52,786 nucleotides of DNA from Ilumatobacteraceae bacterium. GTDB taxonomy: Bacteria; Actinomycetota; Acidimicrobiia; Acidimicrobiales; Ilumatobacteraceae. Made by a program: the position numbers and the translations under genes. Numbering within the stretch: the first letter of the stretch is position 1; every line of letters begins with the position of its first letter. Positions 27,477 through 36,331 of the stretch are shown here, piece by piece. The notes beneath the pieces were generated by a model, which saw nothing but the letters and a program-made list of their open reading frames with translations, had not been told where the DNA came from and did not search any database. The stretch covers positions 1-52,786 of the forward strand of contig JAFMEI010000001.1 of assembly GCA_017856815.1 (NCBI GenBank), given 5' to 3'.

Positions 27477-27950
27477 CTAATCCTGCCCTACTCCGTCGTC
27501 ATCTGCTGGACTTTTGCGACGGCGTGGACCAAAAGTGCCATTGTTTGCAGTCCAGTGACCGTTCAATCCGAGGCCAAAAAGTGGAACGAGCACACCGAAA
27601 GCAAGAACACTCCCGGGCTTGCCGTCGGTGTTGGGTCGAGCAATCGCTCCAGCCACCCCGACCACAACTTGGGAGGTTAAGCACCAGACCATGAGGCGGC
27701 GAATATTCGCAGGAGCCACGTTGTTGACCATGAAGTACAGCTCTGTCACCGAAATCTCATCTGTACGACTGCGCTGCACCGCGGTCCAGTAACCGAGCAA
27801 GAAGGCGAACACGCCAATGGCCGCAAGCCCAAGGTCAACTGCAACCACAATCGCCTTACTGGCATCACTGAATGTGATGGCCCCAAAAAGAGTGACCGCG
27901 ATAAATACACCGGTACCCATTTGGTTGAGTCGAACTTGCCAATCACTCAT
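27477..27950 (-). CDS. hypothetical integral membrane protein (about 4 TM)
   Basis: Hydrophobic ORF. Start set at ATG 27950, which forms an ATGAGTGA overlap with the GT4 stop. The track ORF extends to 27980. Confidence 0.5.
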   Translation of the reverse strand: MSDWQVRLNQMGTGVFIAVTLFGAITFSDASKAIVVAVDLGLAAIGVFAFLLGYWTAVQRSRTDEISVTELYFMVNNVAPANIRRLMVWCLTSQVVVGVAGAIARPNTDGKPGSVLAFGVLVPLFGLGLNGHWTANNGTFGPRRRKSPADDDGVGQD

Positions 27951-29076
27951 CGGTGCTCCAATCCACTCGCAGCGCATCACCTAGTCTGCGGGCCAGAAAA
28001 TCGTATGAAAACTCTGCAACCGCTCGATCGCGGGACGCTCTACCCATTGCCGCGCGGTCACTCGGTGAATTCAACAGCGAATTGATGGCACGTGCCGTTG
28101 CAGAAGCGTCTTTGGGCTCGGCCATAACTCTCCCAGTCACCCCATCAACAACAGCTTCAGCTGCACCGCCACTTTCACCTGCAACCTGTGGCACCCCGCA
28201 TGAGGCCGCTTCAAGAAATACGATCCCAAAACCCTCTTGCTCAAGACCCAGCCAACGGTTTCGGCACATCATCGACATCACATCGGCACTTCCATACAGT
28301 GCGGGCAAGTCTTCATCTGGCACGCGGCCCAAGAACTGAACCGGAGCGGCCAACTTGCTGGCCAGTCGTTCTAGTCGTTTTCGATCGCGACCCTTGCCGG
28401 CGATGACCAACTTGATCTTCGGGTGATTCACTGCCAGCTCAGAGACTGCTTTGATGACCGTGTCAAACCCTTTTCGCGGCACCAGCCGACTCAATCCAAG
28501 AATCATCTCAGCATCCAACTCAATGCCCCAACGATTGCGCACATCGTCTTTTTGCTCTTGTGTCAGCGGAATGAAGCGCGCCGTATCCACACCCGGCGGC
28601 ACGATCGTGACTGGTAGATCACGTCGTGCGGCACGAAATGCTTCGCGTGCTGGATATCCACCAGCAGCAATCACGTGTTCGGCATTGCGTAGAACGCGAC
28701 CCAATACTGCACGGCTCCCTGGCAGGCGTCCCGGCACTGTTACTTCAGCTCCATGCAGCACGACGTAATACGGCAAGTCGAGGTAGGGGCCAACAATTCC
28801 AAGCGGCACCGCGGGATCCAACACCACAAAATCAGCGCCTACTCGGGTTGCCATTTCGTTTATCTGACGCACCATCTTCGGACGCGGCAAGAGAACTTTT
28901 TCTTTGATTCGCTCAATGTGGAATGGCTGCTCGGAATCCCATTGGCTTGAACCTTCGTATGGTGAAGTCAGGACCGCGAATGAATCGTGTGGGAGGCGTC
29001 GCCACCACTCCCATAACAGTGACTGAATTCCACCGATTTTCGGTGGAAAGTCATTGGTGACGAGGAGATGTTTCAT
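27943..29076 (-). CDS. GT4 family glycosyltransferase (PimB-like mannosyltransferase type)
   Basis: MKHLLVTNDFPPKIGGIQ N-terminus and the EGFGIVFLEAASCGVP (E-x7-E) GT4 motif. The start at 29076 forms an ATGA overlap with the queG stop. Confidence 0.8.
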   Translation of the reverse strand: MKHLLVTNDFPPKIGGIQSLLWEWWRRLPHDSFAVLTSPYEGSSQWDSEQPFHIERIKEKVLLPRPKMVRQINEMATRVGADFVVLDPAVPLGIVGPYLDLPYYVVLHGAEVTVPGRLPGSRAVLGRVLRNAEHVIAAGGYPAREAFRAARRDLPVTIVPPGVDTARFIPLTQEQKDDVRNRWGIELDAEMILGLSRLVPRKGFDTVIKAVSELAVNHPKIKLVIAGKGRDRKRLERLASKLAAPVQFLGRVPDEDLPALYGSADVMSMMCRNRWLGLEQEGFGIVFLEAASCGVPQVAGESGGAAEAVVDGVTGRVMAEPKDASATARAINSLLNSPSDRAAMGRASRDRAVAEFSYDFLARRLGDALRVDWSTDE

Positions 29077-30110
29077 GCGGTGTTCCGTTTGGTGCGCTGC
29101 AGTGCCCAAAGCGCATGCTCAGAGAGTATTTCATCTGCTCCACTCGCGTAACGCTCAAGTACTTCGTGCGCGCGCGAATCCGAAGATGATGCTGCATTGC
29201 CAAGTGCAACCAGAGCGTTTCGGCGCAACCACCGGGGATCACGCTCGGCGATATACAGCGCATCAAATTCCTTCAGGAGTTCCTCATCAGACATTTCAAG
29301 CACTCGTAAAGCAGGCATCCATTCACGTGAAGGAACCTTGATCTGCACGGGAACCGCAAAGCGCGTATTGGGCGGGCAGGCGTCTTGGCAGTCATCACAG
29401 CCATAAATTCGCGTACCCAGAGCAACGCGAAACTGTGGATCTATCGACCCTGGTTTTTGCAGCACCCAAGACAAACAGCGCCGTGCATCAATGACTCCGT
29501 CGGCAACTATCGCCCCAGTCGGACACGCCTCGATACAACGCACACATGTTCCACATCCATCGGGTATGCGTCTTTTTGGTGCTTTGATCTCCGCTGTGGT
29601 TACTAGGCATCCAAGCACGAACCAACTGCCAGCTCCTGGTAACAGGATGTTTGCATTTTTTCCGAACCAACCAAGGCCAGCGCGCCAAGCAACTTCGCGG
29701 TCAACTATTGAATTGTCATCAACGAAAACGACACCCTTGTAGCCCGCTTTTTTGATCCATTTCTGAACACCTCGCAAAGCACTACGGAGTTCTTCGTAAA
29801 CCTCTGTGCGTGCGTACTTCGCGATGTGCATCTGAACACCTGGCTCGGGGTCGGTGTCCGGCGAGTAGTAAGGCCATGCTGCGGCGATTACAGACTTTGC
29901 ACCCGCGTATGCGCGTTCGGGATCGGTGGACCGTTCAGGATTGCGATATGTAAACCCGAGCGTGTCGGCAAGGCCGGCTTCTTTGCGCCGATAGAGCTCG
30001 CTGCGAGCACGATCCAAGACCGAAGCATCAGTAACACCAAGATGCTCGATACCAAAGTTGCGAGCGACTTCAACGAGTGCTTCGAACTCGATGGTGGCGG
30101 ACTCAGACAC
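29073..30110 (-). CDS. queG: tRNA epoxyqueuosine(34) reductase
   Basis: 345 aa. Two 4Fe-4S motifs (CGTCVRCIEACPTGA and CDDCQDACPPN) and a C-terminal HEAT-like region, matching QueG architecture. Confidence 0.8.
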   Translation of the reverse strand: MSESATIEFEALVEVARNFGIEHLGVTDASVLDRARSELYRRKEAGLADTLGFTYRNPERSTDPERAYAGAKSVIAAAWPYYSPDTDPEPGVQMHIAKYARTEVYEELRSALRGVQKWIKKAGYKGVVFVDDNSIVDREVAWRAGLGWFGKNANILLPGAGSWFVLGCLVTTAEIKAPKRRIPDGCGTCVRCIEACPTGAIVADGVIDARRCLSWVLQKPGSIDPQFRVALGTRIYGCDDCQDACPPNTRFAVPVQIKVPSREWMPALRVLEMSDEELLKEFDALYIAERDPRWLRRNALVALGNAASSSDSRAHEVLERYASGADEILSEHALWALQRTKRNTA

Positions 30111-30143
30111 CTGCCAAGGCTAGAGAACGCGCCCCAATGTGGC

Positions 30144-30347
30144 TCAGCCAGCCGATGTGTGGCGAATCTCGCCCATTAAACCCTCTCGAGCAAGCACTCG
30201 AAGTGCCCGTTGCTGCTCGAAATCCAGCACTATCGCGCCTTGCGTGGAATCGGCATCACCACAGAAGAAACTGACGATGCAATCGCTACATGCGTCTGTG
30301 TGGCGGGCGGTGCAGGTGTCGCAGCTGATGATGAGTGGCTCGGTCAT
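30144..30347 (-). CDS. hypothetical 67-aa Cys-rich (CxxC-x7-CxxC) protein
   Basis: MTEPLIISCDTCTARHTDACSDCIVSFFCG... followed by a helix-like LDFEQQRALRVLAREGLMG. Sits between trpD and queG. The SD is weak. Confidence 0.45.
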   Translation of the reverse strand: MTEPLIISCDTCTARHTDACSDCIVSFFCGDADSTQGAIVLDFEQQRALRVLAREGLMGEIRHTSAG

Positions 30348-30386
30348 GAAGGCAGTCTGACCCTTGGGTGTATCGGAGTTGTCGAC

Positions 30387-31424
30387 TCAGGAATTGCTAC
30401 AGGCGACAAAACCTTGCAATGCAGCGGTGGCCGCTCCTGAATCGATGGATTTGCGCGCCATCTCCAGCCCTGCGGTCAGGTCTGTGGCTACACCCACCAC
30501 GCAAAGTGCGGCAGCCGCATTAAGGGTGACGATGTCGCGCACCGGCCCATCCTCACCGGTGAAAGTTCGGCGCACTATCGCAGCGTTATCCGCTGGGCTA
30601 CCACCGCGAATTGAACTCAGTGGAGCGGTTTGGATCCCCAAGGCCGAGGGGTCAACCACGAACGAGTCGACCTTTTCGCCGTGCAGCGAGATGACAACAC
30701 TGGGACCCGAGATGGCAAGTTCATCAAGACCACCATCACCGTGCACTAGCCACGCGTTTTTGACTCCACGAGTTCGCAGCGCTTCGGCCATCATCCGCGC
30801 AACCGATGCATCACGTACTCCAACGAGCATGTTTTCAATTGGTGCAGGGTTAGCTAAAGGGCCGATCAAGTTAAAGATGGTGGGCACACCAATCTCGCGC
30901 CGCGCAGCTCCAACATGCTTGAAGGCGGGGTGAAATTTCTGCGCAAAGACAAAACCAAAGTTGCACGCTTCCACACATGCCACTACCGCATCAGGATTCA
31001 GTGCAATGTTGGCTCCAAGCGCTTCAAGTACGTCTGCTGTGCCGCAGCTCGATGACGCCGCCCGATTGCCATGCTTCACAACCGGCACTCCGCATCCCGC
31101 CACTACGAGGCTCGCCATAGTTGAAACATTCACTGAGTGGGAAGCATCACCACCAGTACCGACAATGTCAATGGCCCGCGATCGGATCGCTGCACTGAGC
31201 TCAACTGGAGTGGCGGCTGCCCGTACAACTGCGAGCATTGCTGCAAGTTCCGCAGATGTCTCACCCTTTGCTTTGAGTGCCAACAAGAACGCAGAAATCT
31301 CTGCGTCAGTTGCATCACCAGCAAGCATCGACTCCATGGCGGCCGCAGCGACCTCTGGTTCAAGATCGAGATTGTTGCTGAGTCCAGCGATAACACCGGA
31401 CCAACCACCTGGCAGTTTGGTCAT
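30387..31424 (-). CDS. trpD: anthranilate phosphoribosyltransferase
   Basis: DIVGTGGDASHSVNVST, HGNRAASSSCGTADVLEALG and GPLANPA motifs. Start set at ATG 31424 (MTKLPGGWSGV...). The track ORF start at 31559 would overlap the whiB-like gene. Confidence 0.9.
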   Translation of the reverse strand: MTKLPGGWSGVIAGLSNNLDLEPEVAAAAMESMLAGDATDAEISAFLLALKAKGETSAELAAMLAVVRAAATPVELSAAIRSRAIDIVGTGGDASHSVNVSTMASLVVAGCGVPVVKHGNRAASSSCGTADVLEALGANIALNPDAVVACVEACNFGFVFAQKFHPAFKHVGAARREIGVPTIFNLIGPLANPAPIENMLVGVRDASVARMMAEALRTRGVKNAWLVHGDGGLDELAISGPSVVISLHGEKVDSFVVDPSALGIQTAPLSSIRGGSPADNAAIVRRTFTGEDGPVRDIVTLNAAAALCVVGVATDLTAGLEMARKSIDSGAATAALQGFVACSNS

Positions 31425-31435
31425 TCGACCATTCT

Positions 31436-31720
31436 TTATGCCGAGCGTCGTCGCTGACGAATAATGCGGCGACGCTCTTTGGATGTTGCGCCACCCCATA
31501 CTCCATCTTTTTCGCGACTCATGAGTGCGTGCTCTAGGCAAGCAACACGCACGGAGCACTCAGAACAAATGTCCTTTGCTTCGTTCGCATTCTCTTCGTC
31601 TTCTGGATAAAAGATGGTTGGATCGAGCCCATTACAGGCCCCACGAACACGCCACTGGTTTGACTCGTGACGTTCGAACCACTCATCTGCACTACCTACT
31701 GCTGTGACAGCAATGCTCAT
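31436..31720 (-). CDS. WhiB-family (Wbl) Fe-S transcription factor
   Basis: Four Cys in C-x(n)-C-x2-C-x5-C (CNGLDP...CSECSVRVAC), the GVWGG turn, and a basic tail KERRRIIRQRRR. Start is ATG 31720, or GTG 31732 as in the track. Confidence 0.9.
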   Translation of the reverse strand: MSIAVTAVGSADEWFERHESNQWRVRGACNGLDPTIFYPEDEENANEAKDICSECSVRVACLEHALMSREKDGVWGGATSKERRRIIRQRRRSA

Positions 31721-31769
31721 AGGAGCCCCCACTTACCTTCCCCCGCGCCGACCGTAGCCAGCACAGGTG

Positions 31770-31799
31770 ATAGTAGGTGTCACCCGTCACAGTGTCCAA
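31770..31799 (-). promoter_or_regulatory. candidate promoter of the whiB-like gene: -35 TTGGAC (31799-31794), 18-nt spacer, -10 TACTAT (31775-31770)
   Basis: Hexamers read on the minus strand about 45 nt upstream of the start codon. Sequence match only. Confidence 0.35.
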
Positions 31800-31826
31800 C
31801 CCGGGCTGCAAGCCGCGGGAAAGCTC

Positions 31827-32414
31827 TTATGGGCGCAGGTCTCCCAACAATTCCTGGACCGTTGAATCAAGCAAATACTGCTCTTCTCGGTAGGCCGGAA
31901 GGCTAATCACAACCTTGCAATTTCCTTTGGCGAACTCCTCAACTTGCTCCGGAGTGAAATCGAAATAGAGATAGTGAACCGCAGCGGTGACGTTTTCTCG
32001 GGTTAGCGATGCCTCGTGTTGTGCATCAAGGTGACCAAACACAATCGATCCATCACCAAGTTGAATCTCAACAGCGCGCTCAATGCCAGCGAGTTTTGGC
32101 AACCACTCACGAAGTTGATCATCCGAGGTCAACTCAATGAACATCGTGGCGCAAAGTTGACCGGGCTCGGGAATGAGCGGGTTGTACGCACGTAGCTCAT
32201 CTTCCACACCTGCATCGGTATTGATGTGTTCAACACGAATCATCTCTTGAATTTGCAACTGCATCGTGTCGCGACTTTCAAACATGAGCGTGATGATTGT
32301 CCCGAGATGTATGCGACGGCGACGCTTGATCTCCATCACACGCGAACGGAACTCATCACGTACGCGCTCGTAAGCACGGGAATCAAGGATGTCATTGAGG
32401 GTGAGCTTGCTCAT
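31827..32414 (-). CDS. DUF3501 family protein
   Basis: 195 aa, recognised by overall similarity to DUF3501 proteins as I remember them. ATGA overlap with the upstream CCG Fe-S gene, which is the usual genomic partner. Confidence 0.6.
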   Translation of the reverse strand: MSKLTLNDILDSRAYERVRDEFRSRVMEIKRRRRIHLGTIITLMFESRDTMQLQIQEMIRVEHINTDAGVEDELRAYNPLIPEPGQLCATMFIELTSDDQLREWLPKLAGIERAVEIQLGDGSIVFGHLDAQHEASLTRENVTAAVHYLYFDFTPEQVEEFAKGNCKVVISLPAYREEQYLLDSTVQELLGDLRP

Positions 32415-33739
32415 TTCTTTGCACTTTCCTTTCTTGGTTCTTCTGGGATTCCATATGCACGCGCCACGACTTGCAATGGATGAAGCGGCGTGAGATCGGT
32501 CTGTTCAGTTATCGCGGTATTGGCGAGGTGACAGTCGCCTGCCACCACATCACCACCAGCGTTACGAATTTCGTCGGCGAGCGCTTTGGCATGCGGCATT
32601 GAAAGATCGGCGTTTTCAGCGCGCAAGCCCCACATGCCATCGATACCCGAGCACTGCTGCACGAGTTTGATCTTCGCCCCGGTGAGCTTCATCAAGTCTC
32701 GACTCTTTAGACCAATCTCTTGGGCTCGCAAGTGGCAAGGCGTGTGGTACGTGATCGTCTCAGGTACATCGCCAGTGAAGTTGGTGTCAAGAGTGCGTGA
32801 CTCGTCTTTGTTCATGGCGATCAAATATTCAGCGGCATCAAAAGTGTGCTTGGATACGAGTTCTGCATCCTCGCCACCGACGTAGTCGATGTAGTCCTTC
32901 TTCAGCACGTAACCACAGGTTGGCTGAGCAACGACGATGTCATTGCCTTCGCGCACACTTGCAGCCAGTGCCGCCACGTTCTTGCGTGCCACCTTGTCGA
33001 ACTGCTTTAGATCACCGGAATGCAGGAATGGCGCTCCGCAGCAACCAACCCCATCCACCACAGAACACTCAACGTTGTTGTGTTCGTAGATCTTCACGAG
33101 ATCGTGACCAACTTCTGGTGCTTGATATTCCACGAGACATGTGGGGAAAATGCCAACTTTGCCCTGTGGATTCGCAATGACCTTCTTGGTGCGCTTCTTG
33201 AACCATGTGGTGAAACGCTGGCGTGTAAATGGCGGCAAAAGGCGAACGCTGGACACGCCCGCAGTCTTTTCAACAACCTTGCGGATAAGTGAGCCGGGCT
33301 TAGCGCCCAGCACCACATTTGCCACTGGCGCAGTTGCCGTGGCGACTTTGCCGAGTGCATCGGTGCGGCCCATGAGAGCGGTCGTGGTCTTTTCGCGAAT
33401 GCTCACCTGACCTGTGGCGTTGCGCATTGCCGATGCCCGCATCATGAGACGCGGAAAGTCGAGTTCCCACTCGGACTTGCCCGGCACGTAAGGGCAATAG
33501 ATGTAACAGAGCTTGCATTGGAAGCACTCGTCAACCACTTGATCTTGCTGTGCTGGTGTCAAGCGTCCCGCATCCTGATCGTCATGCTGGTCGATCATTT
33601 CAAACAACGTTGGGAATGATGAACAGAACTTGAAGCAAAGACGACATCCATGACAAAGGTCGTAGACACGTGTCAGCTCTTCGCGCACATCGGCTTCGTC
33701 CAGATACTTCGGATGTTTTGGATCGTAAATTGTTGACAC
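32411..33739 (-). CDS. (Fe-S)-binding protein with two ferredoxin-type clusters and CCG domains (HdrD/GlpC/LutA-like)
   Basis: 442 aa. [11 protein letters not shown] and [12 protein letters not shown] (Cx2Cx2Cx3C), plus CCG-type motifs ([24 protein letters not shown]). GTG start with AGGAG 6 nt upstream. Confidence 0.8.
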   Translation of the reverse strand: MSTIYDPKHPKYLDEADVREELTRVYDLCHGCRLCFKFCSSFPTLFEMIDQHDDQDAGRLTPAQQDQVVDECFQCKLCYIYCPYVPGKSEWELDFPRLMMRASAMRNATGQVSIREKTTTALMGRTDALGKVATATAPVANVVLGAKPGSLIRKVVEKTAGVSSVRLLPPFTRQRFTTWFKKRTKKVIANPQGKVGIFPTCLVEYQAPEVGHDLVKIYEHNNVECSVVDGVGCCGAPFLHSGDLKQFDKVARKNVAALAASVREGNDIVVAQPTCGYVLKKDYIDYVGGEDAELVSKHTFDAAEYLIAMNKDESRTLDTNFTGDVPETITYHTPCHLRAQEIGLKSRDLMKLTGAKIKLVQQCSGIDGMWGLRAENADLSMPHAKALADEIRNAGGDVVAGDCHLANTAITEQTDLTPLHPLQVVARAYGIPEEPRKESAKK

Positions 33740-33759
33740 GTGTTACTCCTGCGACTTGC

Positions 33760-33791
33760 GCGGAGGGGCGACGCGATCGTCACCCCTCCGC
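33760..33791 (-). promoter_or_regulatory. intercistronic GC-rich stem-loop (14-bp stem, 4-nt loop, no U-tract)
   Basis: The minus-strand RNA GCGGAGGGGUGACG-AUCG-CGUCGCCCCUCCGC has 13 Watson-Crick pairs plus one G-U pair. It lies between the erythrin stop (33818) and the SD of the Fe-S gene. Confidence 0.7.
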
Positions 33792-33817
33792 AATTTCACT
33801 GCCTTAACGGCGTGGAA

Positions 33818-34234
33818 TCAGAGGGCGTTGAGGCCCTCTTGGAAACGGCCGGCATGGCTCTTCTCAGCGCGTGCCAGTGTCTCGAACCAATCCGCGATCT
33901 GGTCGAAACCTTCTTCGCGGGCGGTCTTGGCAAAGCCTGGGTACATCTGTGTGTACTCATAGGTCTCGCCGGCGATTGATGCTTTGAAGTTCTCCTCGGT
34001 TTCGCCAATTGGCTCACCCGATGCCGGGTCTCCAACTTGAGCGAGGTAGTCGAGGTGACCGTGCGCATGGCCGGTTTCACCTTCTGCCACCGAACGGAAC
34101 AGTGCTGCAGCATCGGGGTAACCCTCGACGTCTGCCTTCTGGGCGAACCAAAGGTAGCGACGGTTTGCCTGGCTCTCGCCAGCGAACGCTTCCTTCAGGT
34201 TCTCATGGGTCTTGGTGCCTTTGAGGCTGGCCAT
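33818..34234 (-). CDS. rubrerythrin-family diiron protein lacking the rubredoxin domain (erythrin-like)
   Basis: 138 aa. [29 protein letters not shown] and [10 protein letters not shown] (E..H diiron ligand motifs). The protein contains no cysteine. Strong AGGAG SD. Confidence 0.85.
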   Translation of the reverse strand: MASLKGTKTHENLKEAFAGESQANRRYLWFAQKADVEGYPDAAALFRSVAEGETGHAHGHLDYLAQVGDPASGEPIGETEENFKASIAGETYEYTQMYPGFAKTAREEGFDQIADWFETLARAEKSHAGRFQEGLNAL

Positions 34235-34262
34235 GATGTCTCCTTGTTTTGGTTTTGGTTGG

Positions 34263-34673
34263 TTACTTACTCGCTACGCATGTCGCGCACGACCCGCGGA
34301 ACACCACTTCAACAGAACGAACTTCGAGTCCGTCTGCTTGGAGTGTTGCCTCGGTATCCACCTGCACGTCATGAATGCTTCCGCAGTCATCGCAGATGAA
34401 GTGGTGGTGATCCTCGGTATTCGGGTCAAAGCGGCCAGGGCCCGATCCGAGGTCGATCTGGAGGAGCTCGCCCATAGAGGCGAGGTCATTGAGGGTTTGA
34501 TACACAGTTCGCAGCGAAATGCTCGGCATTTCGCGTCTTGCCACCTCATAGAGGGCTTCCGCTGTGGGGTGCGTGGAATTGCCCTCGAGCAGGCGAAACA
34601 TCAACAGGCGCTGAGGGGTGATCTTGAGTCCAGCATCACGAAACGCATCGGTGAGTTCTGTCTGTGATCTCAT
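34263..34673 (-). CDS. Fur family transcriptional regulator (PerR/FurS-like by context)
   Basis: LKITPQRLLMF wHTH, HHHF, and CDDC...CATC structural zinc site. Start set at ATG 34673. The track ORF start at 34769 adds 32 unrelated residues and overlaps glpD. Confidence 0.85.
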   Translation of the reverse strand: MRSQTELTDAFRDAGLKITPQRLLMFRLLEGNSTHPTAEALYEVARREMPSISLRTVYQTLNDLASMGELLQIDLGSGPGRFDPNTEDHHHFICDDCGSIHDVQVDTEATLQADGLEVRSVEVVFRGSCATCVASK

Positions 34674-34756
34674 GGCAGGCACGCTATCTACAGGGTTTGC
34701 TAAATAACAACCCTTGCAGAAAAACTTCTGTCCCTTTGCCTGCGTAGGATTTTCGC

Positions 34757-36331
34757 GTGCCTCAGCCATTCACCCGTCAGCACCATGCCGCACGGTTACG
34801 GTCTGAAGACTTTGACCTCCTGGTTATTGGGGGCGGAATCACTGGGGCCGGAGTTGCTCTTGATGCCGCTTCGAGAGGCTTGAAAGTCGCACTAGTGGAG
34901 ATGGCGGACTTCGCATCAGGGACTTCATCCAAGAGTTCGAAGCTCATTCACGGTGGGTTGCGCTACCTACAGCAAGGCGATGTTCGTCTCGTTTATGAGG
35001 CGCTCCATGAGCGGCGGCGCCTGATGCGCAATGCCCCGCATCTTGTATCGGTATTGCCTTTCATGATTCCGATCCTCACAAAGGATGGCCTCATGCCAAG
35101 GCGCATCGCTCGCGCACTCGGATCGTCGTTGTGGATGTATGACCTAACTGGTGGGTGGCGCATCGGCAAGTTGCATCGGCGCCTTCGTGCCAAAAAAGCA
35201 TTGCAGCACTTCCCCACCATGCCTGCAGAAAAGCTCGCGTCTGCATACATCTATTACGACGCCCAAGCAGACGATGCTCGCTTGACACTCGAAGTTCTAC
35301 AGACAGCCAGCGATAAAGGTGCAGCTGTCTTGAATTACGCGAAGGTTGTTGCGCTCACGAACGGTGAGAATGGTCGTGTCAATGGCGCGCGAATCAATGC
35401 CGATGGCGAAGAGTTTGTTGTACGCGCCCGCAGCGTAGTGAGCGCAACCGGAGTTTGGATTGACGATATTCACCGCATGGAGACAAACAGTGAATCGCGC
35501 ACCGTGCGCCCCGCTAAGGGAATTCACCTCACATTCCCTTGGGAAAAAGTACGCAACGACATCGCGGCCGTGATTCCAGTACCTAAAGATCGTCGGTCAC
35601 TGTTTGTGGTCCCGTGGTTGCCGAACGCAGACGGCACGTTCAAGTACACATACGTTGGCACTACTGATACGCAATACGACGGCCCCGTTGACGACCCACA
35701 GTGCACTCTTGACGACATTGATTACGTCATTGCCGCGCTCAACAACAGCATCACATCACCAGTCACTCGCGAAGATGTGGTCGGGGTGTGGGCAGGCTTG
35801 CGCCCATTGGTGGCTCCCGCAGAAGGCGAAACTTTGAAGGCCCGTACCGCGGACTTGTCGCGACGCCATCGAGTGTCGATCGGTGCTTCTGGTGTCATCT
35901 CCATCAGCGGCGGCAAATTGACCACTTACCGCGAGATGGCCGAGGACACCGTGAACACAGTTGTCGAATCCCTGGGCATACGTGCCAAATGCCGTACGAA
36001 GCGACTGTCGATAAAGCCCTCTGCGCCGATCACCGACACCACCATCGTGATACCAGGACTGCCTTTGACTCGCGGAGAAATCGTACGGGCGATTCGCGAA
36101 GAAATGGCGATTCACCTCTGCGACATCATGTGCCGCCGCAGTCGTTCACTGCTGTATGACCGTGATGCTTCTTTAGGTGGCGCGCGCAGTGTTGCCATCT
36201 TGATGGCAGCAGAACTCGGCTGGGACCAACAGCGAATTGATGCAGAAATCGATGACTACACCGAGATCTGCAATCGTGAGATCCGTGCGGCCCAAGTTAT
36301 TGAGACCGAATACTTGGAGCGCAATCACTGA
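34757..36331 (+). CDS. glpD: FAD-dependent glycerol-3-phosphate dehydrogenase
   Basis: 524 aa. DLLVIGGGITGAG dinucleotide fold, GTSSKSSKLIHGGLRYL, and a GlpD C-terminal domain. GTG start. Confidence 0.9.
   Translation: MPQPFTRQHHAARLRSEDFDLLVIGGGITGAGVALDAASRGLKVALVEMADFASGTSSKSSKLIHGGLRYLQQGDVRLVYEALHERRRLMRNAPHLVSVLPFMIPILTKDGLMPRRIARALGSSLWMYDLTGGWRIGKLHRRLRAKKALQHFPTMPAEKLASAYIYYDAQADDARLTLEVLQTASDKGAAVLNYAKVVALTNGENGRVNGARINADGEEFVVRARSVVSATGVWIDDIHRMETNSESRTVRPAKGIHLTFPWEKVRNDIAAVIPVPKDRRSLFVVPWLPNADGTFKYTYVGTTDTQYDGPVDDPQCTLDDIDYVIAALNNSITSPVTREDVVGVWAGLRPLVAPAEGETLKARTADLSRRHRVSIGASGVISISGGKLTTYREMAEDTVNTVVESLGIRAKCRTKRLSIKPSAPITDTTIVIPGLPLTRGEIVRAIREEMAIHLCDIMCRRSRSLLYDRDASLGGARSVAILMAAELGWDQQRIDAEIDDYTEICNREIRAAQVIETEYLERNH

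Noticed and set aside
31740-31800. TGTGACGGGTGACAC upstream of the whiB-like gene as a CRP site
   Set aside because: The second half-site does not match TCACA. The element is a direct GTGAC repeat rather than a dyad, and GGTGA-N9-TCACC has the wrong spacing.
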